DNA from: Chlamydiales bacterium STE3
GTDB lineage: Bacteria; Chlamydiota; Chlamydiia; Chlamydiales; Parachlamydiaceae
DNA length: 64,000 bases
Assembly (NCBI GenBank): GCA_011125455.1
Contig: VKHO01000025.1
Coordinates: 138,724 to 202,723 of the forward strand
Direction of reading: 5' to 3'
Part shown: positions 27,606-38,121 of the stretch, one piece after another
How positions within the stretch are numbered: position 1 is the first letter of the stretch
How the letters are laid out: each line of letters opens with the position of its first letter
Translations under genes and position numbers: made by a program
The notes under the pieces: model-generated
What the model saw: only the letters and a program-made list of their open reading frames with translations
Database searches by the model: none
Told to the model about the DNA's origin: nothing

Positions 27606-28445
27606 TTGAAAGAAAAAATTAGTCAAAAAGAAAAAGAAGAATGGCTCTTGGAGACTGAAAACATTGCTCTAGCAGCAGGTAACGTTCTTAAAAAATATTG
27701 GGGGAAGCTCTCCTCCATACGCCAGAAGCAGTTTTACTGGGATTTGGTAACCGAAGCCGACACTGAATCGGAGCAGCTTATTCTTTCTTTGTTACAAGAG
27801 AAATTTCCCGAGCATAAAATTTTATCGGAAGAAGCTGGCCTAAAGGAAAAAGCTTCTGGGGATTTCATGTGGGTGGTAGATCCCTTAGATGGCACTACAA
27901 ATTATACGCATCAGTACCCCATGGTGGCTGTCTCTATCGGGTTGCTGTACCAACAAAAACCGTTGCTTGGCGTTATTTATAATCCCATTTTAAATGAGTT
28001 ATTTAAAGGTGCAGATGGCATGGGAGCTTTCTTTAATGCTGAACCCCTGCGTGTTTCTGGAATTAGTGAGTTAAATAAGAGTTTGCTCGCAACGGGCTTT
28101 GCCTACGATCGTAAAGAGACAAGTGATAATAATTATGCAGAGTTTTGCCATATGACGCATATTTCTCAAGGAGTTAGAAGAGGAGGGGCCGCAGCATTGG
28201 ACTTGGCTTATGTTGCCGCTGGGCGGTTAGATGGGTATTGGGAAAGAGGACTAAAGCCTTGGGATGTTGCAGCGGGTATTGTGTTAGTTAACGAAGCCGG
28301 TGGAAAAGTGACTTCTTACGAAAATGGCCCAATCGATTTAACCTCGGGCCGCATTTTAGCCACAAATCAAGCGATTCATGCTGCTTTAAGCTATGAGCTA
28401 ATCAAAGTGGGCAAGATTAAGCCACGATTTACAGCTTTCACTTAA
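27606..28445 (+). CDS. Inositol monophosphatase family protein
   Basis: WVVDPLDGTTNYTH and WDVAAG motifs. TTG start. Confidence 0.85.
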   Translation: MKEKISQKEKEEWLLETENIALAAGNVLKKYWGKLSSIRQKQFYWDLVTEADTESEQLILSLLQEKFPEHKILSEEAGLKEKASGDFMWVVDPLDGTTNYTHQYPMVAVSIGLLYQQKPLLGVIYNPILNELFKGADGMGAFFNAEPLRVSGISELNKSLLATGFAYDRKETSDNNYAEFCHMTHISQGVRRGGAAALDLAYVAAGRLDGYWERGLKPWDVAAGIVLVNEAGGKVTSYENGPIDLTSGRILATNQAIHAALSYELIKVGKIKPRFTAFT

Positions 28446-28760
28446 AATTCTTTCTCTATCCAAAGCTTGTGAACAAATGGTAATGGCCTCTTTTTTTCAA
28501 AGGCTTTAATTCTTTATCGCACTATTTCATAAATAAAGTGTTGTTCTACTCTTCTACTTTACAGGCTTAAGAAAAAAATACAGCAAAGGACCCTAACCCA
28601 CCTAATGCCTATTAATTAAAAGCTTCCAACCCCAAAGAAAACAAGCTAAATTAAGAAGTAATTTTTTAGCTTCTTTAATAATTCAAATTGCCTCAAATGG
28701 CCCATTAATAGATTTTTTACCGGAGGGCTAGAATGTAAAAAAATGCTCCTAGATTTAGAA

Positions 28761-30509
28761 TCAAGCAGCAATTTTTGCCTCCAAAATAGTTGATTGAATG
28801 AGCTCTTGTAAATGAAGCATCAGGTTGCTTTCCCAGTCAGCAACTTCTTTAAGCTTAAAAACGCTTGATTTTTTTTGAAGACAGGTTTCTATTTGATCGA
28901 TAAGAGGTTTTTTAGAGTCGAACCTTGTAGCCAGTCCAATTTCTTCTAAGAACGCGGCATTAACTTCTTCCCACGGATAGGAATTCATTAATAATAGATG
29001 GCTTTCGGTCGAGAAAGCTTCAATTACAGTGGCCCCTCCTGCTTTAGAAATACCCATATGAGAAATATTCATCATCTCATTCATTTCGGGAGGAGTTAAT
29101 AATCCATGAACAGTAAATTGCTCTTGTTTATTTGTCTTTTTAATTTTTTCTTGAAATTCAATTTGAAGATTTAAGTTTTTTCCACATATAAAAATAAACT
29201 TCAATGGGAGATGAGGAGCTGATTGCAGAAGCTCTTCAAAAATACCTTTAATGGCACCGGTACTATGTTTTCCCATGACAATAAATATAGGGATTTCATG
29301 TTCTTTAATATCCCATTTCTTTCGCAATCTTTGAAGATCTAGGTTATCGTCAATTTTATAAAAATTAGAACAAGGATATCCAATTAGTTCAAACTGGGTT
29401 TTCAAAGCTCCTATAGGAACTTGTAATATTTGGCTTATTTTTTGCATAAGGATGTCTTCTGAATCAGCTACATTATATTTGTCTAAGCTACAGTAGCTTT
29501 CAAAAAGAGGTTTGAACATGCTTGGACGAAATATGGGTAACCAAAACTTAGTGTTTTCTGGCACATTCCTATAATACGCTGCTAATGACGGGCATAATTC
29601 AAAATCGGGATGAAACATTCTAAAGGGAATTCCAAAAGAGGCAAGGGCGATGTCATCTGAGGTATAAGAACGCGTTGAAATAATTAAATCAGGATTGATC
29701 CCTGCTATTTTTTGCTTCAGCCTCGCTAATAAATTATTGGGTATATATTGTTGAATTTCTCGATTTAATTTTTTTCTTCCAGGAATGACACTAAAATCGT
29801 TTGTTTTTTGAAAGATGGATGAATAAATCATGTCATAGGTATAGGTTCCTGTGGCAATCATGACGGGGTCTGCTTCTTTGGCAATATCTTCAACATCGAT
29901 AATAATAGGAAGTATGCGATCCTGGTGTTTTAAATAGTGAGCCATTGATTCTGCAACCGAGAAATTACCACCACTAGCAGTAGTTGTGATAATGACAATC
30001 GTGAAAGGATCTTCAATTTTTCTTGGTTTTAATCTATACAGGGGAACGTTTGCTGCAACTACGAAATCGTGAATTTCTTTGCTATATTCTTCTACCCATT
30101 TTTTCCCGTAGGGACCGTGGTGTTGTAAGGCATATGTTAGAGCATCTTCAGGGGAATGTTTGGGATTACCAAATAACAAACAAACTTCAATTAAAGCTCG
30201 TGAAAAAGCTGCATGAGCAGCATTGGATGTACCATCCTCAGAAAGTTTGATAACAATAGGCAAAATATTATTTTTATAAGCTTTAAAAACAATATCAGCA
30301 GCTTTTAGATCTTTCATGTAATAAGAAAGATCAAAATGTAATTTACTTTCAAAGGGATGGCGAAAAAACTTTTCACCTATCGAGGTAATTAAAGTACTAT
30401 TTTCGATATCGAAAGTCTCTCTGAGGGCTTCTAACGAATCATAGGCAAAACAATGTAGGTTCGATAGGCTCCCACAAAAAACAACAATATGGAAAATAAA
30501 ACTTCGCAT
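28761..30509 (-). CDS. GT28-family (MGDG-synthase/MurG-like) glycosyltransferase with N-terminal extension and signal peptide
   Basis: FTIVIITTTASGGNFSVAESMAHYL resembles the MGDG-synthase N-domain, and the C-terminal ISKAGGATVIEAF resembles Glyco_tran_28_C. About 160 aa of extra N-terminal domain. Confidence 0.55.
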   Translation of the reverse strand: MRSFIFHIVVFCGSLSNLHCFAYDSLEALRETFDIENSTLITSIGEKFFRHPFESKLHFDLSYYMKDLKAADIVFKAYKNNILPIVIKLSEDGTSNAAHAAFSRALIEVCLLFGNPKHSPEDALTYALQHHGPYGKKWVEEYSKEIHDFVVAANVPLYRLKPRKIEDPFTIVIITTTASGGNFSVAESMAHYLKHQDRILPIIIDVEDIAKEADPVMIATGTYTYDMIYSSIFQKTNDFSVIPGRKKLNREIQQYIPNNLLARLKQKIAGINPDLIISTRSYTSDDIALASFGIPFRMFHPDFELCPSLAAYYRNVPENTKFWLPIFRPSMFKPLFESYCSLDKYNVADSEDILMQKISQILQVPIGALKTQFELIGYPCSNFYKIDDNLDLQRLRKKWDIKEHEIPIFIVMGKHSTGAIKGIFEELLQSAPHLPLKFIFICGKNLNLQIEFQEKIKKTNKQEQFTVHGLLTPPEMNEMMNISHMGISKAGGATVIEAFSTESHLLLMNSYPWEEVNAAFLEEIGLATRFDSKKPLIDQIETCLQKKSSVFKLKEVADWESNLMLHLQELIQSTILEAKIAA

Positions 30510-30522
30510 CAGGGATTCTCCG

Positions 30523-31686
30523 TTAATAATGAATCCTAATTAATAATTCATTCACTCGATTATGATATAAATTGGCATAGCAAATAACGCGGTCGTCTAT
30601 AAGCCTTTTGAAAAAACTAGGCAGATATCTACAAGAAGACTCTTCACAATTCTTGTCTAATTGATGCCAGTTAATAGTGAGCTGCCGCGAACATGTGACT
30701 TCAATTGAAAGCTCAGAATCAGAAGTTAGCCAATGATCAGATTTGCTTTTGGCAACAAAAATTAATTTAAGTACCCTTTCTTCTAAGTTTGAAAAACGGT
30801 GTTTTTCTTGCTGGTACTTTTCGATGGAGTCAGCATCTAGCCTGGCTTTTTTTATGGTAAGGAATTTGTAATGGCGTGTGTAAATATTTTCAAATTGCTT
30901 TTGCGTTGTAACTTGAATGTTTTGTAAAGTGGTTATTTGTTGATCAATTTCTGGACAAAACTTCTTAATTTCCTCAAGAATTTCATCAAAATGGTAAGGA
31001 AAAAGATAAATAGCTGTTTTTGCTGCTTCTAAAGCATCCTCAAATGTAAGGGGAGTATCTCTAAGGCGATATCCTCCTAAATCAATTAAAGCAATTTTAC
31101 CAATGCCGTTTTCTATCATTAAGGGAAGATTATCACATCTTATTAAAGGGATATTGCCATCAGTTGATTGATAGGGATGAATAGGGGCTAAAATGTCAGG
31201 TAAGATGGATTGGCATAAAAAACCGGTAAACTCTCTAACAGCAAGAACAAAGCTCTTTTTGTTATCCTCATAAAGAGCGATTTGTTCTCTCTGTTTAACA
31301 TCGACAATAGGAAATTTTTCTTCGATGTTAAATTGAGCATAGGGTTTAGCTTTTGGGATTAAAAGGGTTTGATAACCATTTTTCAGACATAAATCACGGG
31401 CTTGCCACATAGCAAAAAAACGCCTGATACTTCTTTCATTCCCTAAGGCCTTAAAAATGATGGGTAAGTTCGGAGGAATGTAAACTGGCGTTATACCCTT
31501 TGTAGCTCGTGGTAGTTGGTCAAGAGATCCACAAGCAATAGATTGAGTAATGAATTGCTTGGCTAAATGGTAGTTCTTAGCATTAAGATAATGCCTTCTA
31601 ACTTGATATCCACGCCAAATGCTCTGTATTTTAATAATAGGCCCAATTGCTGGGCCTACTGTTGTAGGATTAAATTCTATTTGCAC
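30523..31686 (-). CDS. Hypothetical protein with N-terminal IQ calmodulin-binding-like motif
   Basis: IQSIWRGYQVRR equals IQxxxRGxxxR exactly. The rest is uncharacterised (contains GKIALIDLGG). Overlaps the upstream GT32 gene by 10 nt. Confidence 0.5.
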   Translation of the reverse strand: MQIEFNPTTVGPAIGPIIKIQSIWRGYQVRRHYLNAKNYHLAKQFITQSIACGSLDQLPRATKGITPVYIPPNLPIIFKALGNERSIRRFFAMWQARDLCLKNGYQTLLIPKAKPYAQFNIEEKFPIVDVKQREQIALYEDNKKSFVLAVREFTGFLCQSILPDILAPIHPYQSTDGNIPLIRCDNLPLMIENGIGKIALIDLGGYRLRDTPLTFEDALEAAKTAIYLFPYHFDEILEEIKKFCPEIDQQITTLQNIQVTTQKQFENIYTRHYKFLTIKKARLDADSIEKYQQEKHRFSNLEERVLKLIFVAKSKSDHWLTSDSELSIEVTCSRQLTINWHQLDKNCEESSCRYLPSFFKRLIDDRVICYANLYHNRVNELLIRIHY

Positions 31687-32660
31687 TTCTGTTTATTTTT
31701 TTTCTTTTTATGGGTGCACCAAGAACCGTCCCATAGATGGATAGCTAAAGATTCTGGGCTTATGTAACTAATAATTTCTTCACGGGTTACGTCCCTTTGT
31801 TTCCATGGTAAAGGATATAGATAACTGCAGGGAAGAATTAGCACTTGTTCTTCACCGCTAGCTAAGACAGCTTGGCAAGCTCGACTAATGAGACCTGGCC
31901 CTGTGCGTTTAATAATACCTTCTTGAGGGGCGTCAGCTACCGAACGGAGATTTTCGAGACAATATTTCATAACAGCACTATTTTTGGCTGCTCCCATGAC
32001 AGCAGAACCCACAAAAAATGGCTCACCATAATGTTTTCCAATATAGTTCAGTTCAAAGCAACTAAAAAAGCCTATATTTTGAACAATCAAATCTTGAAAG
32101 GAATTTAAGCAGACAACATCAGCATCACTGTAAATACCTCCAAACTGATAAAGTAATTCAATTCGGAGTATATCTGCTTTTTCTGCCCATGTTGTTGCTT
32201 GTTCAAAAGCTAATTGCACTTTTTTATTAGTCCAAATGAAGTCACTTAAATCCTGATCAGTCCAAATTTTTATTGTCCAATGAGGATGATGGGTTTTCCA
32301 AGTATCAAAAGCAGAGGCAACTTGAAGAGGAATATCTGAACCTAACCAAATAAGGTGAATGATTGGGGGAATAGAAAATTGTTGAGGAATTACGCTATAA
32401 TCTTGTTTAGGAAGTCTTTTAAATTGATCGCAAAATAAAGAAAAGTTTTTTTCGACAGCCTGGACATCCTTGTCATGGATAAAAGATAGCTCAGAATCAC
32501 TTCTTTGCCATTTCATGGCATCCAAAAATGATGTAGATGTAAAGCCATAGGTTGATTGCCTATGCTTTAATAAGAGGTCAATCTCATAAGGAATTTTAGC
32601 TTCTAAAAAGAAAAAAGAGGACACAAGGATAAAAAAGGAAGTAAAAAAATTTAAGTTCAT
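31677..32660 (-). CDS. GT32-family glycosyltransferase (DxD sugar-binding region, Och1/Gb3-synthase/TcdA-like)
   Basis: IIHLIWLGSDIP...W...HPHW...IW and GGIYSDADVV (DxD). Signal anchor present. Confidence 0.65.
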   Translation of the reverse strand: MNLNFFTSFFILVSSFFFLEAKIPYEIDLLLKHRQSTYGFTSTSFLDAMKWQRSDSELSFIHDKDVQAVEKNFSLFCDQFKRLPKQDYSVIPQQFSIPPIIHLIWLGSDIPLQVASAFDTWKTHHPHWTIKIWTDQDLSDFIWTNKKVQLAFEQATTWAEKADILRIELLYQFGGIYSDADVVCLNSFQDLIVQNIGFFSCFELNYIGKHYGEPFFVGSAVMGAAKNSAVMKYCLENLRSVADAPQEGIIKRTGPGLISRACQAVLASGEEQVLILPCSYLYPLPWKQRDVTREEIISYISPESLAIHLWDGSWCTHKKKKNKQKCK

Positions 32661-32681
32661 AGCTATTTTTGGAGTTAATTG

Positions 32682-34277
32682 TTAATGGCTTAGAATCGAC
32701 TCTATCTTATGACATATATCAACTTGATATTTCAAACTTTTTTTTTGGTGTGGGTCGAGAAATTTATCAAGGATACTTCCAACTACCCGCAACGACCAAT
32801 AAGTAGCAAAGTAGCGCTGCGCTTCCTTTGTCGCAATATCCGTAGGAACATGTGAAAAATATTCTTGTTTATAGATATTTTGAATTTCTGAAATTTTTTC
32901 TTCATTGTATCGTCCCATGCTTCTTGCTGCTATCTTAACTGTTAATAAAGCTTCCTCGAGTTCGTTGATAGCAAACCCTATCGGTTTAGATTTCGGAGAC
33001 ATTGAACGATGGAAATGACTTAAATCAATATAAGTCACACATTCATTATCTAAATCTACAAGCCAATTGCTATGATTAGGATCCCCATGTGTGAAGCTTA
33101 GTAAGAGAGGCATTTTGATAAAATCTTGTTTTAGCTGACTCCAATGATCGCGTAATTTGGAAGTCAATTCTTTAAAAAAAGCGTTTTTTTCTAATTTATC
33201 AAAGATAGCTTGAATATCTTTTTCAAAGATACAGATGTAGTCTTGAGGAATTTCAGGGACTAGAGATCTCATGGATAAATGTAGATTAGCGTTAGCTTTT
33301 GCACATAATTTAATTGCCTCTTGACTGTCAAACATGAGTTCACAAAGCGGCTTGCCAGAAACAAAACTCATTCCAATAAATGCAAAGCCTTTTTCTTGAT
33401 AGTCGAAATAAATTTGTGGAACTTTAACAAAAGGAACCTTTAATGCTTCAATTTGTGCATAGCCCTTAAGCTCGCTATCGAACCGTGTTCGATAATGCTC
33501 TCTCCAAAAAACTTTTACTACCATACATGGGTATCCATTTTTATTTTTGATAAAACAAAGAATATCTCCAGAGAGGCCAGTCATTCCAAGATCTTGACCC
33601 AAATGAAAGGTTAAAGGAAATTGCGTTACAGGTATGATTTGTTTTGTTACAATTTCTTCTTCTGTCTTTTTTCGAACTAACTGAAGAATGGCTCGGTGGG
33701 TGTATTCTACCTCGGAAGGAATGAAAATATTTTGCTGAAGAAAGTAATTGAAGACTTTTTCTGGGAAGCCTTTTTTAGCCTCTTCGAAATTTCTTTTTGA
33801 TAATAAATGACGAAGCTTTGTAGAGGAATTATGTTGATGGTACAGCTCGCAGGAAGATCCAATTTTTGTTGGGCGGTTATTAAGGACACTGAAGCTATTG
33901 GGAAGGGGATTAGTTAATCTCGGAATGACAAGATACATTAATTTTGAGGGCTCATGAATGGGGCGCATTCGGATATTGATGAGATCAGAGCCTAGGATAT
34001 GGTAAATTTTAGCGATTGTAGGATTTGCCTCTAATTCAGCGAGAGCAGCTTTGTAGGATAGCTTGGAAATAATTACATTAGGCATGTCCTTAAACATGAT
34101 TTTTAGGAGTGTTTTTCGAATTTTATCGTTCGTTCGAAAAGGCTTAGTTGGATTAGAATCTTTATAAATAATTGTTACTTGTTTGATTCCGTTAAATAAT
34201 GCGTAATGGACACTTTCTAAGTGTCCTTTGTGAGGGGGATCAAAAGATCCTCGGTAAATGGCTACATCACAAGTCAT
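32682..34277 (-). CDS. Bifunctional cytidylyltransferase-like (HxGH) / APH-choline-kinase-like kinase fusion protein
   Basis: N-terminal YRGSFDPPHKGH is the (T/H)xGH nucleotidyltransferase motif of the NadD/CCT/ECT superfamily. C-terminal HGDPNHSNWLVD...YIDLSHF matches the HGDxxxxN and IDxE/D motifs of APH/choline/ethanolamine kinases. Confidence 0.65.
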   Translation of the reverse strand: MTCDVAIYRGSFDPPHKGHLESVHYALFNGIKQVTIIYKDSNPTKPFRTNDKIRKTLLKIMFKDMPNVIISKLSYKAALAELEANPTIAKIYHILGSDLINIRMRPIHEPSKLMYLVIPRLTNPLPNSFSVLNNRPTKIGSSCELYHQHNSSTKLRHLLSKRNFEEAKKGFPEKVFNYFLQQNIFIPSEVEYTHRAILQLVRKKTEEEIVTKQIIPVTQFPLTFHLGQDLGMTGLSGDILCFIKNKNGYPCMVVKVFWREHYRTRFDSELKGYAQIEALKVPFVKVPQIYFDYQEKGFAFIGMSFVSGKPLCELMFDSQEAIKLCAKANANLHLSMRSLVPEIPQDYICIFEKDIQAIFDKLEKNAFFKELTSKLRDHWSQLKQDFIKMPLLLSFTHGDPNHSNWLVDLDNECVTYIDLSHFHRSMSPKSKPIGFAINELEEALLTVKIAARSMGRYNEEKISEIQNIYKQEYFSHVPTDIATKEAQRYFATYWSLRVVGSILDKFLDPHQKKSLKYQVDICHKIESILSH

Positions 34278-34611
34278 ATCACCTGCCCAAACTATTTGTT
34301 AAAAAATGAATTTATATACAAAGAACGGCCATCATATTTTTTGATCGCTATTGAAATCAAGATAGAATTATCAAAGTTGATAGTTTGTCTTAAGCACTTG
34401 CAGCTTCTTGTTGATGAACATCAAGATGGCAGATGAGTCAAGGTTGTTTGTTGCCTTTTCGATACTCCACTTCCACCAAGCACTCTTTTCAAAACGTTCA
34501 ATGGTTTTGTCATCAAATCTCATTTTAACAACTTTTTTGCCGGTAAGTTTTGCAATACGCCCCCCTTAATCAAATCAAGACAGTTTGAAAATCAAAGAGG
34601 GGAGAAGAAAT

Positions 34612-35514
34612 CTAAAGTAGGGGAGTGGGACGAGAATTAGAGATATCGGATTCTGAATTACTCTGATTTGATTCAAATTTATTAATAAGTTCCCAAATTT
34701 TCAACATGGCCATTATTCTTTTCCTATAAGTCTCGGCATCCTCTGTTATTGGTCCCCGATATTTATCTTCTGCGTATTTGTTTAGCCATATTTTTTTTAC
34801 TTTGTGGGGTGAATCGAACTTATCAAAAGCTTTAGTATCTGAAGAAAAATTACGTTCGTTCTCACTAACATTTATCTCTTCTTCAAAACTGTCTATGTTT
34901 AAAAGAATTCTTTTTCGTATAGTTTTTTTAGCGGTAAAGTAAGCATCGCTTAGAGAAGGAATAGAGGCTTTTATTTCTTTTACTTGGCTGCCCTTATCAA
35001 AAAAACAAGCCCAAATATACCATTTAAGCTTTCCCCAGATGCTTCTTGTTTTTTCAGCTAATCGCTTGTTTCGCGATCTCTGGTATATTTTTTCTAAGGC
35101 AGTAGGCGTAAGCTGAAGAGTATCCACAGTAGCCTTCATCTGCTTTAGTTCTTGGGTAACTCTTCCTTCCATGTCGATGGAGAAAATATCCGTTAAACGA
35201 AGAAGTTTTTTAATACCCGATGCGGCATCAATTTTTGTAGCCTTCTTATAGGGGTTGGTTCTAGAGTCATCAGCCTGGGCAACTTGGGAGATCAAATCTT
35301 TAGATATGGAGATAATTTCTTGGAAAGATAATTTTCTGCGACAGTTATCCCACCTTGAATTTTTCTCGAAAAAGTTATCATATTCTTTTGTCGAAAGCAC
35401 TGCAATTTTTGAGTTGCGATACCGTTGAACTTCGCAAATCCACGAATGGGAAGCTGAATTATCTGATGTCACTTGAGCTAAATATCGGCACCAATTTTCT
35501 AGACTAACAAACAT
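34612..35514 (-). CDS. Hypothetical protein
   Basis: 300 aa, charged, no motif recognised. Confidence 0.45.
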   Translation of the reverse strand: MFVSLENWCRYLAQVTSDNSASHSWICEVQRYRNSKIAVLSTKEYDNFFEKNSRWDNCRRKLSFQEIISISKDLISQVAQADDSRTNPYKKATKIDAASGIKKLLRLTDIFSIDMEGRVTQELKQMKATVDTLQLTPTALEKIYQRSRNKRLAEKTRSIWGKLKWYIWACFFDKGSQVKEIKASIPSLSDAYFTAKKTIRKRILLNIDSFEEEINVSENERNFSSDTKAFDKFDSPHKVKKIWLNKYAEDKYRGPITEDAETYRKRIMAMLKIWELINKFESNQSNSESDISNSRPTPLL

Positions 35515-35744
35515 TGATTCCTCCTATAAACAAACAACTAAACTTGATTTTGTTAAATAAATCAAGTTTAAAATTAGATAGTTGATTTGTTTAATTGTAA
35601 AAATTTAGCTGAAGCTGCTTTTTTAAGAGAATTCTAAAATACCGGATGCGGTATAGAGGAGCATTGTTTTTTAAGGAGACTTGCAAAAAGATTTAGACGA
35701 GAAAAGGCCTGGGGAGGGAATATCTTCCCAAGCCTTGTTAAAAA

Positions 35745-38108
35745 TTAGCCACTGCAGCTTAGACAGCCAGGTTCAAGAGAACAAGCGGCAGTTTCCTCTA
35801 TTTCGCTCTCTTCGACGGTGGGGCCGGGAAGTGGAGCATTTTTATAGGATTGATCCACCGTAAACTTGATCGCTTCGGCTGCTGCCTTGGTGCGCAAGTA
35901 GTACATCCCTGTTTTTAAGCCCTGCTTCCAGCCGTAAAAATGCATTGAAGTCAGCTTGGCAAAATTCGGGTTTTCGACAAAAAGATTAAGAGATTGAGAT
36001 TGGCAAATAAAGGCTCCGCGGTCGCGTGACATATCGATCAAAGCCTTTTGTTTGATTTCCCAAACCGTTTTGTAGAGCATGCGGATCTCTTCTGGGATCT
36101 CTTCAATGTTTTGAATAGAGCCATTGGCTGCAATAATCATGTTCTTCATTCTGTCATTCCACATGCCAAGCCGCGCTAAGTCCTTCATTAAGTGCTTATT
36201 GACAACAATAAACTCTCCAGAAAGAACCCGTCTTGTGTAGAGGTTAGTTGTGTAAGGCTCGAAACATTCATTGTTGCCCAAGATCTGTGATGTCGAGGCT
36301 GTTGGCATCGGCGCAATCAGCAATGAATTACGTACGCCATAGCGGGCCACAGCTGCTTTTAACCCTGCCCAATCCCAACGAGGACCTGGGGTCACATTCC
36401 ACATGTCATACTGGAAAATGCCACGAGAAACAGGAGATCCCTCATAGGTTTCATAAGGGCCTTCTTCTTTGGCAAGCTCCATCGAAGCTGTCATTGCAGC
36501 AAAGTAAATAGTTTCAAAAATTTCTTTATTCACTTTTTGCGCTTCTTCAGAGTCAAAAGGATGCCTTAGCATGATAAAGGTATCTGCTAGACCTTGAACG
36601 CCAATACCGATAGGGCGGTGACGCAAATTAGACTTGAGGGCTTCTTCTACAGGATAGGCATTACTATCAATTAAACGGTTAAGATTCTTCGCAACAGTTT
36701 TGGTGACTTCAAAAAGCCTTTGATGGTCCAATGTCCCATCGATGACAAAGCGAGGAAGTGCAAGCGAAGCGAGGTTGCAGACGGCTACTTCATCCGGTGC
36801 TGTGTACTCTACAATTTCTGTGCACAAGTTGCTTGACTTGATCGTTCCTAAATTCTGTTGGTTTGATTTTCTGTTGCAAGCATCTTTATAAAGCATATAA
36901 GGATTGCCAGTTTCAATTTGCGATTCCAGAATTTTGAACCAAAGTTCTTGCGCTTTTAACGTTGTGCGTGCCCGACCTTCACTTTCATAACGCATGTAAA
37001 GTTCTTCAAACTGTTCTCCCCAGCAATCAGAAAGGCCTGGAGCTTCGTTAGGACAGAAAAGAGACCATTCGCCATTTTCTTCAACTCGCTGCATGAATAA
37101 GTCTGGGATCCAAAGCGCTGTGAAAAGGTCTCTTGCACGAGCCTCTTCTTTTCCATGGTTTTTGCGGATGTCTAGAAATTGGTGGATGTCGGCATGCCAT
37201 GGCTCAAGGTAAATCGCAAAGGAGCCTTTACGTTTGCCTCCCCCTTGATCGATGTAGCGCGCTGTATCATTATAGACACGTAACATAGGAATAATGCCAT
37301 TAGAGGTGCCTCCTGTGCCGCGAATATAAGAACCTGTCGCTCTGACATTATGAATGCTCAAGCCGATGCCACCGGCCGATTGAGAAATCTTCGCGCAGTT
37401 TTTCAACGTATCAAAGATACCATCAATGCTATCCTCTTTGGTCTGCAGTAAAAAGCAAGATGACATTTGTGGATTTGGGGTCCCTGCATTAAAAAGGGTG
37501 GGAGTGGCGTGCGTAAACCAACGCTCGCTCATCAAGTTGTAGGTGTTGATTACATCAGGGATGTTGTCTTTGTGAATGCCTACAGCGACGCGCATTAAAA
37601 GGTGCTGAGGACGCTCTGTCACTTTCCCATTCATTCTGAGAAGATAAGACCGCTCTAGCGTTTTAAAGCCAAAAAAGTCGTAACCGAAGTCACGATCATA
37701 AATAATTGCCGAATCTAAAGCTTCGGCATTATTTTGAATGATGTAATAGGTTTCTTCAGAAATGAGAGGTGCTTTTTTTCCTGTCTTTGGATCGACATAA
37801 TGGTAGAGCTCATGCATGGTTTGGCTAAAGGACTTGTTTGTGTTCTTCTGTAGATTAGAAATCGCTATCCTTGAAGCCAATAGTGCATAGTCGGGATGTC
37901 TGGTTGTCAATGTCGCAGCGACCTCCGCTGCTAAATTATCTAGCTCACTGGTTGTGACATTATCATAGATGCCCTCAATAACGCGCATAGCCACGAGAAT
38001 AGGCTCTACATGCACTGGATCTAGTCCATAGCACAGCTTTTGAATGCGCGCTGTAATCTTGTCAAATTTTACTTCCTGTCTTCTTCCGTCGCGTTTAATG
38101 ACATACAT
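35745..38108 (-). CDS. nrdA: Ribonucleoside-diphosphate reductase alpha subunit (class I)
   Basis: ATP-cone [20 protein letters not shown] and a C-terminal Cys pair. 787 aa. Confidence 0.95.
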   Translation of the reverse strand: MYVIKRDGRRQEVKFDKITARIQKLCYGLDPVHVEPILVAMRVIEGIYDNVTTSELDNLAAEVAATLTTRHPDYALLASRIAISNLQKNTNKSFSQTMHELYHYVDPKTGKKAPLISEETYYIIQNNAEALDSAIIYDRDFGYDFFGFKTLERSYLLRMNGKVTERPQHLLMRVAVGIHKDNIPDVINTYNLMSERWFTHATPTLFNAGTPNPQMSSCFLLQTKEDSIDGIFDTLKNCAKISQSAGGIGLSIHNVRATGSYIRGTGGTSNGIIPMLRVYNDTARYIDQGGGKRKGSFAIYLEPWHADIHQFLDIRKNHGKEEARARDLFTALWIPDLFMQRVEENGEWSLFCPNEAPGLSDCWGEQFEELYMRYESEGRARTTLKAQELWFKILESQIETGNPYMLYKDACNRKSNQQNLGTIKSSNLCTEIVEYTAPDEVAVCNLASLALPRFVIDGTLDHQRLFEVTKTVAKNLNRLIDSNAYPVEEALKSNLRHRPIGIGVQGLADTFIMLRHPFDSEEAQKVNKEIFETIYFAAMTASMELAKEEGPYETYEGSPVSRGIFQYDMWNVTPGPRWDWAGLKAAVARYGVRNSLLIAPMPTASTSQILGNNECFEPYTTNLYTRRVLSGEFIVVNKHLMKDLARLGMWNDRMKNMIIAANGSIQNIEEIPEEIRMLYKTVWEIKQKALIDMSRDRGAFICQSQSLNLFVENPNFAKLTSMHFYGWKQGLKTGMYYLRTKAAAEAIKFTVDQSYKNAPLPGPTVEESEIEETAACSLEPGCLSCSG

Positions 38109-38121
38109 GGGTGTTTACTCC

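Noticed and set aside
34278-34611. 52 aa minus-strand ORF (MRFDDKTIERFEKSAWWKW...) in the intergenic region
   Set aside because: It is below the size cut-off and has no recognisable family. It could be a remnant, but evidence is insufficient.
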